A stretch of 64,000 bases of DNA, taken from Acanthaster planci. Its lineage: Eukaryota. Below are positions 46,205 to 56,470 of this stretch, piece by piece. The position numbers were made by a program, and so were the translations under genes. How positions within the stretch are numbered: the stretch's first letter is position 1; every line of letters begins with the position of its first letter. Under the pieces are notes generated by a model that searched no databases, was not told where the DNA came from, and worked only from the letters and a program-made list of their open reading frames with translations. The stretch spans positions 4,062,238-4,126,237 of the forward strand of contig NW_019091358.1 in the NCBI RefSeq assembly GCF_001949145.1. The letters run 5' to 3'.

Positions 46205-48065
46205 TTTAGGACATAATCCCCACATTATTGCCCATTCGCCCGGAGCATGTTTCGTCCAAGTGCATGAGTAATTCGCCCGTTAGGAATTAATAGTATTTTG
46301 ATTGGTGGTTCAGTATCACACCCAGGTGCTAAAAACTTTTGCCGGGCATATTTTCATTAATTTATCAGTTTATTAGATTACTATTTCGCCCGGCGGTGTA
46401 GACGGTAAATCTGTCTCCTGCTGGTATGATTGTCGGGGGGGGGGGGCACAGACTATGTGAAAATGTACATTTGTACACCCCACGTACACCCCTCACATAA
46501 GAAATTGGAGAAAGGAAAAAAAATCTTCTGAAAGTCCGTTCGAGTTTGCAACGCGAAATCTGTCGACCCAATGCGTATTTGGAAATGGTCGACAAACTTC
46601 GTGCATTGTGATTGGCCAACGCCCTGCATACTCTTGGAGGCGCACGATTGTGAATTGCCCCTATTGGTGGGGGACGGGGAGGGGAGACTATTTGTCCCCT
46701 TAACCTTTTCATGAAACTAAATAAAGTGACGTGACAGAGGGCGCTAGTCACTTGGCGCGGTGCGAAATTATCATAGACATAAATATCTATGTCTGTGGAA
46801 GTTATAGATGTCGCTCTGCGGCCCAGTAAGCTAGAGAGGCAGATGTTAGGCGCGCATAGCTGTGTGTTAAGCGAGCGCAGCGCATAGGCTGCGCCTTGTG
46901 TGTAGTGCGATAGGGCAGCGAAAGTCACTGCTTGGTCACGTGAGAGCGTACGCGGGCGTGGCCACAGCAGCGCGAAGGCTATATAAAGCGCGGGCAGGAT
47001 GGAAAGGGGAAAGTCACTAGCCTGGTGTGACTGTGCTTAAGTCCCAAGTGGTTTGTGTGTCGTTGAGGGGCTCGGTAGGTTGAGGGGCTAATTGGTGGTG
47101 CGTTACATATAGTTCCTGATAGGAGCTTGCGGTCGATGCAAGGGCGGATTGCTATCTCGTGACGTGAGTTGCGTGTAGTGCAGCCGTGACAATAAGCCCC
47201 GTAGACTTGCTAAAGTCCCTGATTCGGCACTGGATGCCCACACTTAATACGGGCGATTCGCAATAGTGCGCCACCAAGAGTTTGCAATGCCTTGGCCAAT
47301 CATAATGCGCAAAATTTGTCGACCCTTTCCAAACACGCATTGGGTCGACCAATTTCTGGGCGTAGTCCGGTCACGTATAATCACAGTCCCCTTCAATTGC
47401 GCTCTCTGCTGGTATATTTGTTGACTGTGTTGATGAAAAAACCAGCCGCTTGTTAATTGTTGTATATAAGTCAGGCGTCCAGGCGAAGTTTATTTCAAGT
47501 CAGATCTGTCCAGGTAAGTTTCGACCAATCAGATTAGCCATCATCTCGACGAAGACCAACTTTCTTGGAGGACGCCCAACAGACTCGTCCCTAGCCGCTC
47601 AGGGACTCTCCAGCGTGCCGTGCGACGCGCCGCGAGAAGGAGGGCGCCCTCTCCCTCGACGGAGGGGCGCGGCGTCACAACAAAAAAATCTAGGGTAAAT
47701 AGGCCTACAGTCGATTCATTATTATGATAAAATAAAAATTGGAAAATGAAAAAGCCCTGCAAGCCTGCAAGATCAGAGCATGTGCTTTAAAAAATAGTTG
47801 AAGAGGTGTGACATTGCCTCAGGTTGTACCACAAAACATCACTTCAGACTCCAAATTTCCTTAGACCATTATTACGTGTTAGAGTTGCTAGAGTTTTGCG
47901 CTTCACGCTCGCATTAGTTCTTTGCCCCCCCCCACTTTTTAAAAGCAAATAACGCCCTGGCCCCCTGCAAAATGTGCCCAGGTTTTAAGGCACTGTTGCC
48001 CAGGCGAAATAGTAATGTCCTTTGCGAAATATTCGGCCCAATTTTTTTTAATGCCATGTCCTAAA
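46205..48065. mobile_element. Composite nested inverted-repeat element upstream of RIOK2
   Basis: Outer mirrored motifs TTTAGGACAT/ATGTCCTAAA, ATTACTATTTCGCC/GGCGAAATAGTAAT and G-run/C-run; inner ~100-bp inverted arms 46562-46664 / 47247-47349; LTR-like core 46794-47242. Confidence 0.55.
46794..47242 (+). mobile_element. Possible solo LTR
   Basis: TGTGG...CCACA ends, CpG-rich U3-like part, CTATATAAAG at ~46979, AATAAG at ~47191; no TSD seen. Confidence 0.35.
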
Positions 48066-49837
48066 TATTCTTTTGTAGAATTGAGCTTAAAATAGTATTT
48101 ATTGAATCAACACAAGAGCCTGTCAGTGCAGTGGGATTGTGTAACCCATTTTTGGGATGATAAATTAATGTTATCACGTGCCTGTTCAGTTTTTCGTTTA
48201 TTTCCCCCATATTTATGAAAGGAAAAGGTAGAGAAGAGCCCTGTACCAATTACAGTTTTAGAATTTGTAAAGAGAAAATGGAAAAGCGAAACTATACCAC
48301 TTACTCTTTTGACAACTCATCTGATAAGAAATGAAAGAAACAAAGAAACAATGAACGTTTACGGTTTTATAGTCAGTTTTTGGAAAAAAGGAAAACGTTT
48401 CGAATTAGAGTATTCATTTTAAAAATGCATTTGCCACAAAACGAACAAGAAACCATTTTCTGTTCATAACTTGAATAAAAACCCACAACTCGTGATAGGT
48501 TTGTTTACAAAATACAGAAAAGATTGTATTACTTAATTTCTTTTCTAGCACAAACATGACAACATGAACATTTACAGATAACGACAAACGCTTTGCCAAA
48601 TCAAAACATAACAAAAGGTAACAGTCAAATGGAAAACGAAACTCCTTATTTAATTCAAGGGGAGGGGTTATATATCCTTCACCCGCGGCAAGCTCCCGGG
48701 ACACGAAAGCAGCAGTAATGATGAAACTGCATATGAAAAAAGGAAGTACAAAAAACAACATCATCAGTAATAGAGACTTAGAAGGACCTTCCTTCTAGTG
48801 AGGCACATCATGGAGCTATAAAATTTGTATAATTGTGTTTCGGTGATTACTGTACACAGTTTGGTTCTGCTGTATTGTGAACATGTGTAACAAATTTTGA
48901 AAGCACTGTTTAGCAGGTTTTTCAAAATATTGCAGATGTGTTTAAAACTTTCAGTTGTATTTTCTGATGGATTTTTCCTACTGAACATAATCCAGGGAAA
49001 CCTTGTCCAATGCTGCGGTATATCGATTGGTCATCAACGACCTTTACACACACAACTGATTTGTTACGTTTGTTACACAAACGACCGTGTCCTCGATTAC
49101 TTTTTTCCTTTGGATTTCAATAATAGCGACCTCAATAGTTCATAGATCGGCAGTCAATAAACCTTCACTACGGGGGCCTACACTAGACACAGTGCAATCA
49201 GGTTTTCGATCCCAATTTAGAATTTATTGCAAACTTGATGGTGAAAGCACAAACTTCAAGGCACTTGATCAGAAATCATTTATTTATGATAATCTTAGCA
49301 CTTTTCATGAAAATCAAAGCACTAAATATCACTTTAACAAGCAGTGCATACACTTTCGCTGAATTTGTGAGTTATCTTGTATTCTCTCTGTGGCATAAAT
49401 TAACAAGTGTATTTTGGGGACGGGGGATGGCCCTCTCTTTGTCTCCCACAGGTGCGACAGTGGCTTGGCTAAGACTAGGCTCAAAAAAAAGGGGGGGAGA
49501 AGACGGTGTTGCGAATTGTCCAAATTCGGGCTAGAAAAAAGTAGTAGAAACGTTAGCCTCGATCATGGGGGTAAGCCTCGTGAGACCTGAGAGCTACCTT
49601 GGCTATCTGCAATATAGCTTGTCGAGCCTTGATAAGATTGTAAACGCATGGCGTCAAAAAGCCCCTATTTTTGCCGCTGGTTTGAAGTGCTTCTCTACTT
49701 TTGACGTTTAATTGTCCTTGTATCCTGCATCTGCTTTTAAGCATTAAATTTTTTTCTTTAAGCGTGCATTCGGGGCCCTCGTGCTCTGTCCGATAAGGTT
49801 TTCGGCCTTGATCGGTCATTTCCGGACATCCTTTCTA

Positions 49838-49845
49838 TGACGTCA
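49838..49845. promoter_or_regulatory. Full palindromic CRE/ATF site in the UBE2R promoter region
   Basis: TGACGTCA ~230 bp upstream of the ATG. Confidence 0.4.
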
Positions 49846-50072
49846 TACCTACTTTCGCCATTGCAACAACATACACACGGGCACTCTGATCATCAGTGCA
49901 CTGTACAGTCAGTAACAGCTAGCAGTCCATAGATACAGTAGTGCACGGCATACAGTACATTGTACGTACACACAAGAAACTGAAGCTGAATTTTCTGGTA
50001 TCACGAAAGTATCCAATTGGACCTTTTTTTGTGTTGAAAAACGGTAGGCAAAAAATCTTCAAGACGGTGGAG

Positions 50073-50249
50073 ATGGCCACAACACCACCGTCTGCTGCCT
50101 TGCGGGCGCTGAGTTTAGAACTGAGGAAAATTAACGATGAACCCGTGGAAGGTTTCAAAGTAACTCTTCCAAATGAGGCGAATCTCTTCGAGTGGGAAGT
50201 GGCGATCTTTGGACCACCGGAAACGCTCTACGAAGGGGGTTATTTTAAG
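50073..50249 (+). CDS. UBE2R2: Ubiquitin-conjugating enzyme E2 R (CDC34/UBE2R2 family), coding exon 1; remaining exons not found in window
   Basis: MATTPPSAALRALSLELRKINDEPVEGFKVTLPNEANLFEWEVAIFGPPETLYEGGYFK|GTATT. Likely co-orthologue of vertebrate CDC34 and UBE2R2. Confidence 0.92.
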
Positions 50250-50376
50250 GTATTTTAAACACATTTAATGCTAGGCCTAGTTCGATTTGCATGTGTTTGT
50301 GGTTGAGGAAAATTTTTCCTATTTCATGTCCACATGACAGTGGTGTCAATGTCAGTAATGATGGTCTTTAATTTCA

Positions 50377-50517
50377 GGCTTAGGCCTAGTCCGAGTAGCT
50401 TGGATCGAACAAATCGCCTTTTTTAACATTTGCCATGATTTGGAAATGGGCCTGACTATGTCTAAATGTTTAAAAAGGCGATTTTAAGGATCAAAGTTAC
50501 TCGGACTAGCTTAAGCC
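50377..50517. repeat. Palindromic MITE-like hairpin
   Basis: GGCTTAGGCCTAGTCCGAGTAGCTTGGATC ... GATCAAAGTTACTCGGACTAGCTTAAGCC. Confidence 0.7.
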
Positions 50518-50550
50518 TACCGGTATATTTTACTAAAAAATCCACTAAGG

Positions 50551-50736
50551 CTACAATCCTGGACAAATCTTGTTGGAACAGGCCTCCCCCCTCGCCCCCT
50601 GTCAATGTTGTTTCTCATCGGGTAAGCTGGGCTTAATCTTGGTCCAATAAATGACCGCAACATTGAATGGAGGAGAGGGGGATCTTTTCACCGCCCTTTC
50701 CACAAGGTGTTCCAACTATTTTGTCCAGGATTGTAG
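50551..50736. mobile_element. MITE with ~30-bp TIRs
   Basis: CTACAATCCTGGACAAATCTTGTTGGAACA ... TGTTCCAACTATTTTGTCCAGGATTGTAG. Confidence 0.75.
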
Positions 50737-50791
50737 TCTACATGTAATTGCACTAAAACGATCATCACAGTGCATAGAAGTGCTTTCATAT

Positions 50792-51523
50792 TAATTACTG
50801 TCAACACACCGTCAACACGCAAGGGACCGTCAGCAGACCGTCCACACAGTGTCAACACTTCCAAAACACATTAAAAATCAAAAGAAGCAGTACTCGACTG
50901 TAAAATGTTTGCCAAAAAGATATTTTGGCTAAACCTCCACAGGTTAGACTCAGGAAAATTGCCGTTTTGATTTGGCCTAATCGCCTCCTTTGAACCAGCA
51001 CTCAGAAGTCAGCAGCCATGTTGCCTCTGGGACAACTGGGACCACAGCATTATGCTAGAGGGATGTTGATATTATGTGATAAAGAAACAATGTTTTTTCC
51101 TTTAAAGTTCTTTATTTTTCATTAGATTGAATAATTGTCCCCTCTGTATTTTAACAATAACTGTGTTGAATAAAATCTATGATGTTGAAATAAATAAAAT
51201 CTATGATTGATTTTTACTCTCTTTTAAAGTATTTAATTTACAGCATATCCACACCAAATGGTACAGTCTAAGCTCCTCATAAGGAGGCAAGATGGTGGCA
51301 GACAGCTACATGTACGTTGCTAGGGATCATTTCTTTCGTGTAAAAACAACACTCCATTTTGTAAATTGATTTGTGACCTCCAACTTTTGGAGAGTCTCTT
51401 TCAGCCCAAGTATTATGCTTCCATGCCTCTTTTGTACAGTTTGTAGATTGAACTTGTATATTTGGGAAGTTGATGCTGAGTTGACGTTACTATAGTGTGT
51501 TGATGGTGTGTTGACGGTAATTA
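50792..51523. mobile_element. Non-autonomous TIR element
   Basis: TAATTACTGTCAACACACCGTCAACAC ... GTGTTGATGGTGTGTTGACGGTAATTA. Confidence 0.7.
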
Positions 51524-52270
51524 GTAAGACCCTAGGAGTGTGCTGGTGTGGTAGGGAGAGATGATTGGGAAGAATTCCATGTACATGTATGAACGTTACT
51601 CATTGGGGATCGTGAATTTGATGACCCCCCCCCAAGTTTTTGTCATTTTAATCCGTGCAAAACTGGTCATTCGCCCCAGAAACTTAAGGCAGCACTGTCT
51701 GAACTGCCCTGACCATTTTTTTTGAAATTTCACGTTGTAAATTGTGAGAAAACATGACTTTCCAACTGATAAACCAGCCATGCAAATTTGACTCCACCAT
51801 GTGTCATGTGTTAACACCCATAGTTTCCCCTCATAATTTCCCTCAAAATTCAAAACCCTGCCCTGTTTTCACAACATCAACCCTACAGTTATTGAGCATG
51901 ATGTCATAGTCATCTCCTGAGGGGAATCCAAAAGTCAAAATGCAGGTCTCCCTTCTGTTATAGGAACAGGGTCCCCAAATTCACAGTCCCCCACTCATTT
52001 TCTCTGCACAGTAATTTTCATCCATCAGAAAGTGGTAATGTGTCCCAATTAGTCAGACGAAGTTGGGAAAATAATGAATCATTTAGGCCGACATGTCCCT
52101 GTAGGCCCACTTAAAAAACACCTGGAAGTTTTCAGACCAGTCTCAGTAATCATTATGTCCATTGTTACAAGTAGCAGCGGCGGAACAATTTTCCAAGGAG
52201 GAGGGGCAGTTGTGAGATGATCAGGTATCAGTCATTAACCCTAATCCCCTAGGCTTGTTTTGCAAGGGAA

Positions 52271-52372
52271 CCTCCTCAGTCCTTGAGAATCCTCCAATTT
52301 GGGTGGGGAACAAATTGGATTCTCTCTCAATCCTCCAAAACGGCCCAAAAGATTTTGGAGGACTGAGGAGGG
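52271..52372. repeat. Short TIR element (CCTCCTCAGTCCT family)
   Basis: CCTCCTCAGTCCT ... AGGACTGAGGAGG; related fragments near 27450 and 35365-35410. Confidence 0.55.
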
Positions 52373-54331
52373 TTAAAGGTTAAAAGGCCAATCCATTAAG
52401 CCCCACCCCATTATAAGCCCTGCAAAAAGTGGGGGGGAGGCATGTTTCCAAAGTTGAAAAAGAAAAGGGGGGGGGGTTGCATAGGCCAGGGCCTGCCCTA
52501 TGGTGTCAGGTGATGTCTTGGTATAGAACTCTTTCCAGATGACCATTTCGTACTCAGTAATACTTTTCAAATATTTTCAAATCTGTTATTTATCACAGAG
52601 TTCCTTGTCTCTTTGCATAGAGTATAAACTGCATACACGTGCACGTGTTCATACTGTATGTTAATATGTTCATTTCATGATGTTAGGACCGTAAGTTTCT
52701 TTTTGATCGCTCGGTTGTTCCTGTCTTGATTTACAGTTTTGATTACCTGACACTGGGAGTTGAACCTGTTGAAAAAGAAAAGTACATACGTGTACATATA
52801 CAGTGTGTACATGTAATACCGGTACTGTACTGTATGTACATGTACATGTACTGTATGAACACAGCTCGTTCCCCATCTGATAGGGAAAAAAGGACAAAAC
52901 AGAGCAGTGGATGCACATGTATGTGGCTGGTTCTTGGTCCATATACGTGTACACCAGTACATGTACTTCTGCTTTTGCTTTGCTACAGGTGTTGAACTTT
53001 GCAGTAGCTGTTTTGGTGACTTAAAATCTAAATAATAAAAAATTAATAAGAACACTCACAATGGTTCTCAAACGTGGGCCCTCATTTCATCTCAGGGGAC
53101 AGATCTTGTACTGCATGCCTTAATTAACCACTCGGCCATGCAATCGCTTGATCACGAAGAGTGAATTTATATGTAGTTACTACATGTATATTGATCAGAT
53201 TCAGTTCAGTGTTTGCATTTAAAAAAAATAAATAAATGCAACAGCAGCGAAATGTACATGTATGTACACAAAATTTGCAATTGTAATTGCAGTAGTAAAC
53301 AAAATTTCAGTTGGTTAGCTAGATTCACAACTCAAAAGTTGAGGGCTTTTCTCTATCTATTGACTTGGGACTGGCAATTGTGACCCACTTCTGCACGAGC
53401 AACACGTACCGTACGTTATAGTTACACGTACACATGCATGCATGTACATGTATCATGCATGATATTATGGAAGTGGATTGATAGCACATGGTATCCTTCC
53501 AAGATGTAATCTTTGCTTAATATCAATAATTGATGCATGGTAGTAAAAAAAACCTGTCAAGGCAAAACGTGCACATGCAGTAAAAAGTGGTCTGTACTGT
53601 AATCAGTATTTCAAAGCCATAATCATTCTACTTAGTCCAACCGCCCCAATTTTCAAGTTTCATTAAAATTATAAAAAACAAAGGTTCTGCTTTTATTTTA
53701 AGGGATTTTAGAGAGGATATGGTCTTCTACTGTATTCATATGGTACATGTACACGTACTAGTAGCTTCTCCCATCAATTCAGGAAATCACTTGATTTTTA
53801 CATGTACAATGTACATGTATGTCATCAGATGCGTGCAGTAATTAAATTCAGAATTACCCATGCTCAAAAAGAGATTTTTCGGACAAAGATCTTCCTTTTG
53901 ATATCATTGCAGTTTGAAAAATCTTACTGGTGCTGTTAAATGAAGGCATCATTCAGTTTGATCTTGGTGATATCCTGATACAGGAAGGCTTACGTTATTA
54001 TTATTATTGTTATTATGACTGGTTTATTAAAAAACTGGCAAAAACCAGCCCAAGGGCTGAATTATAGCACAGTCTTACATGTACAATAATTACAAAAAGG
54101 CAACAGTGAGATACATGTAAACAATGTAAGACAACGTGTAAGCTAATGCATCAATATGCTCATGTACTGTACTGTATTATGCTGTGATTATTCAGTAATA
54201 ATGGCTACATCTGTAATTCAAACATGTGTAATAAGATCCAATAGCAGTTGAAAATTTTATACACATTTCATTTTTAAAAGATTTTTGTTCAGCCGAGCCA
54301 TGAACAAACAATTTTTTTTGCCTACTGTTCA

Positions 54332-54594
54332 GTGCCCAATTTCATGGTGCTGCTTATCGCAAGTGAAAAATCGGTGCTTACCGTAGCAGACAATTCTGTG
54401 CTCACGGTGAACGTACATGCATTTCGCGGGTTAGCGAGGAATTGTGGTTTGTGTATATGCGTACATCCCTCAACTAAGGATTCTGTGCTTAATGGGTTAG
54501 AGCAGAATTTTTCTGCTACATGTCGTGCGGTTAGCGCAGAATGCAGACTGGAAGTGCAGAATTCTGCGGTAAGCAGCTCCGTGAAATTGGGCTC
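54332..54594. mobile_element. MITE related to the 23768-24011 element
   Basis: GTGCCCAATTTCATGGTGCTGCTTA ... TAAGCAGCTCCGTGAAATTGGGCTC; internal AATTCTGTGC repeats. Confidence 0.7.
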
Positions 54595-56259
54595 AGTTTT
54601 TTTGAACGACCCTCTTGTAGGGACCACTAAAAAATCCATGCAGTAGGGTTAGGTTATATAATGTCGGCGAATACTGTTTTACAGTGTATACATACCGGTA
54701 TGTACACAGTACACGAATGTCTACAGATGTTAGAGCTAGTCATGCATGGTAACAGAAAGTCGTTTATTGCCCCCAGCACTGATGTTGTATACATGTCCAT
54801 GTGCCTCCTCTTGATATTGATCTATGTTTCTTTTTACTTTATTAAGCCCCCACCCCCTCCCCAGTGTTTCTACTGATTCTGTATGCAGCTACGGTACAGC
54901 TACATGTAAATAAGATAACAGCAAAGGTTGAGTGGCTTTTGTTTCAAGTAAAATGAAGTCCAGGTACATGTCCAGGTACATGTACGTGTATTTGTGCACA
55001 TTAAATACATGTAAGTCAGCTGAACACAATTTTTTCTCTCTCTTTTTGTTCTAATCTCACATTTCCCCCAAATTGAAGGGTCACTCACTGGTAACTTTTT
55101 CTTGGCCTTTAGTAGGCTACTCGTACATGTACTTATCAAATGTACATGTACAGTACATGTAAATGTACATGTACCAGTAGCACACATGCAGATTTGAGAT
55201 ATTTGGCCCAATGATTTTTATCTTGCTCTTGTGTCCAGTGAACTGGAGCCGTTCAACTTCACTAATCAGAACCCAGAAAAATGGAATATTGTGGTGTACC
55301 GTACATACACATATTTAGCACTCAGTGCGATGTTCTGGATGTGCGGAGAAGTTGATAGATTTTGAAACAGTCCAGTTTCAATTTCTGCTCTCTTCAGCTT
55401 GCCAGTGGCATCCATGTTCACATTTTCCTGTACCGTCTTATTACATTTGCCCAATGCTGGCACAACTTCGGTTCATGCACTAAAACCGGTATATGTGCAT
55501 GTACATATAGTTACCTTTGAAGAAATTTTCACAGTGATAGAACTCATAATTTGTTGTTTGGGTAATACAGCATGAGAACACAACTGCACCAAAACAGTGA
55601 AACTTTTTGAGTAAGCTACAAAATTAACTGGTGCTAGTAAATCCAATATTTTACGTACACCTGTAAGAGTACAATATAGGAATGACAGCAACAGCTTGTT
55701 TAATACAGACTCAAGGTTTTGCTGGGCATCTGAAGAAAATATTTTTGAAGAAAATACCGTAAAGAGAAATCCAAACAATTCTTCCCAAATGATCAATAGT
55801 GTAGATGGTGAAGCCCTTGTGAAGGTAGTTTTGTGTACAGAACTCTGCTGACCGCATTCATATTACAAGTACATGTACCGGTACAAGCATGGAGGAAGGA
55901 AGACACCTACCGTAGCCCAGGTTGGACACCATTCTTCCTTTTCGTTACGTCGTACGGTCAGGGAGTCCACCTGGGCTAGAAAACACCATGATACAAGACA
56001 CCTTGCATACATGTACTGGTTTAGAATTCACAGATAAAATGCATACACCCGTACAGGGTACCCGGTACGTGTACCGATACCTTGGTCCAAAATGCACATT
56101 GTACATGTACGTGTATATGTACAATGTATATACAGGTACATGTACACTCAATACATTATGGGGTCCAAACTGTGACACCAGTGTGAGCATTGGTTTTACA
56201 TTTACATGTACCATTGAGGAATAGGTTTTACCAAAGAGAAAGGACACACAGGGCTCATA

Positions 56260-56470
56260 CCGTACTGGTACATGTACTGTACATGTACATACTGTACATG
56301 TACCGGTATGTACATGTACATAATATGTATATGTATACTAGTCCAGTACACACTGCATGTGCATGTATACATGTACATACATGTATGTACATGTACAATG
56401 TACAGTATGTACTTTACATTGTACATGTACAGTGTACATGTACATGTATGTACTTGTATGTACATGTACT
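56260..56470. repeat. Degenerate (TACATG)n microsatellite
   Basis: Dense TACATGTAC units; similar tracts at ~22130-22310, 52790-52850, 55130-55175, 57460-57545 and 63480-63680. Confidence 0.9.

Noticed and set aside
46365..46928. 187-aa minus-strand ORF inside the nested cassette
   Set aside because: Non-ATG start and no recognisable transposase, gag or other domain; explained by GC-rich sequence.
47175..47685. RNase MRP RNA-like signatures on the minus strand (GAGAGTCCCTG able to pair with CGGGGCTTA, possible P1 helix)
   Set aside because: The spacing (~400 nt) is too long, the span crosses an inverted-repeat arm and an internal T-run that would stop Pol III, and there is no GARAR P8 loop or 3' terminator. 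An Infernal search would settle it.
47624..47693. Helitron 3' end (GC hairpin followed by CTAG)
   Set aside because: CTAG is followed by G rather than the expected T, and no matching 5' end was identified.
49941..50072. 44-codon N-terminal extension of UBE2R from a GTG
   Set aside because: No ATG and no homology; the family-typical start is at 50073.
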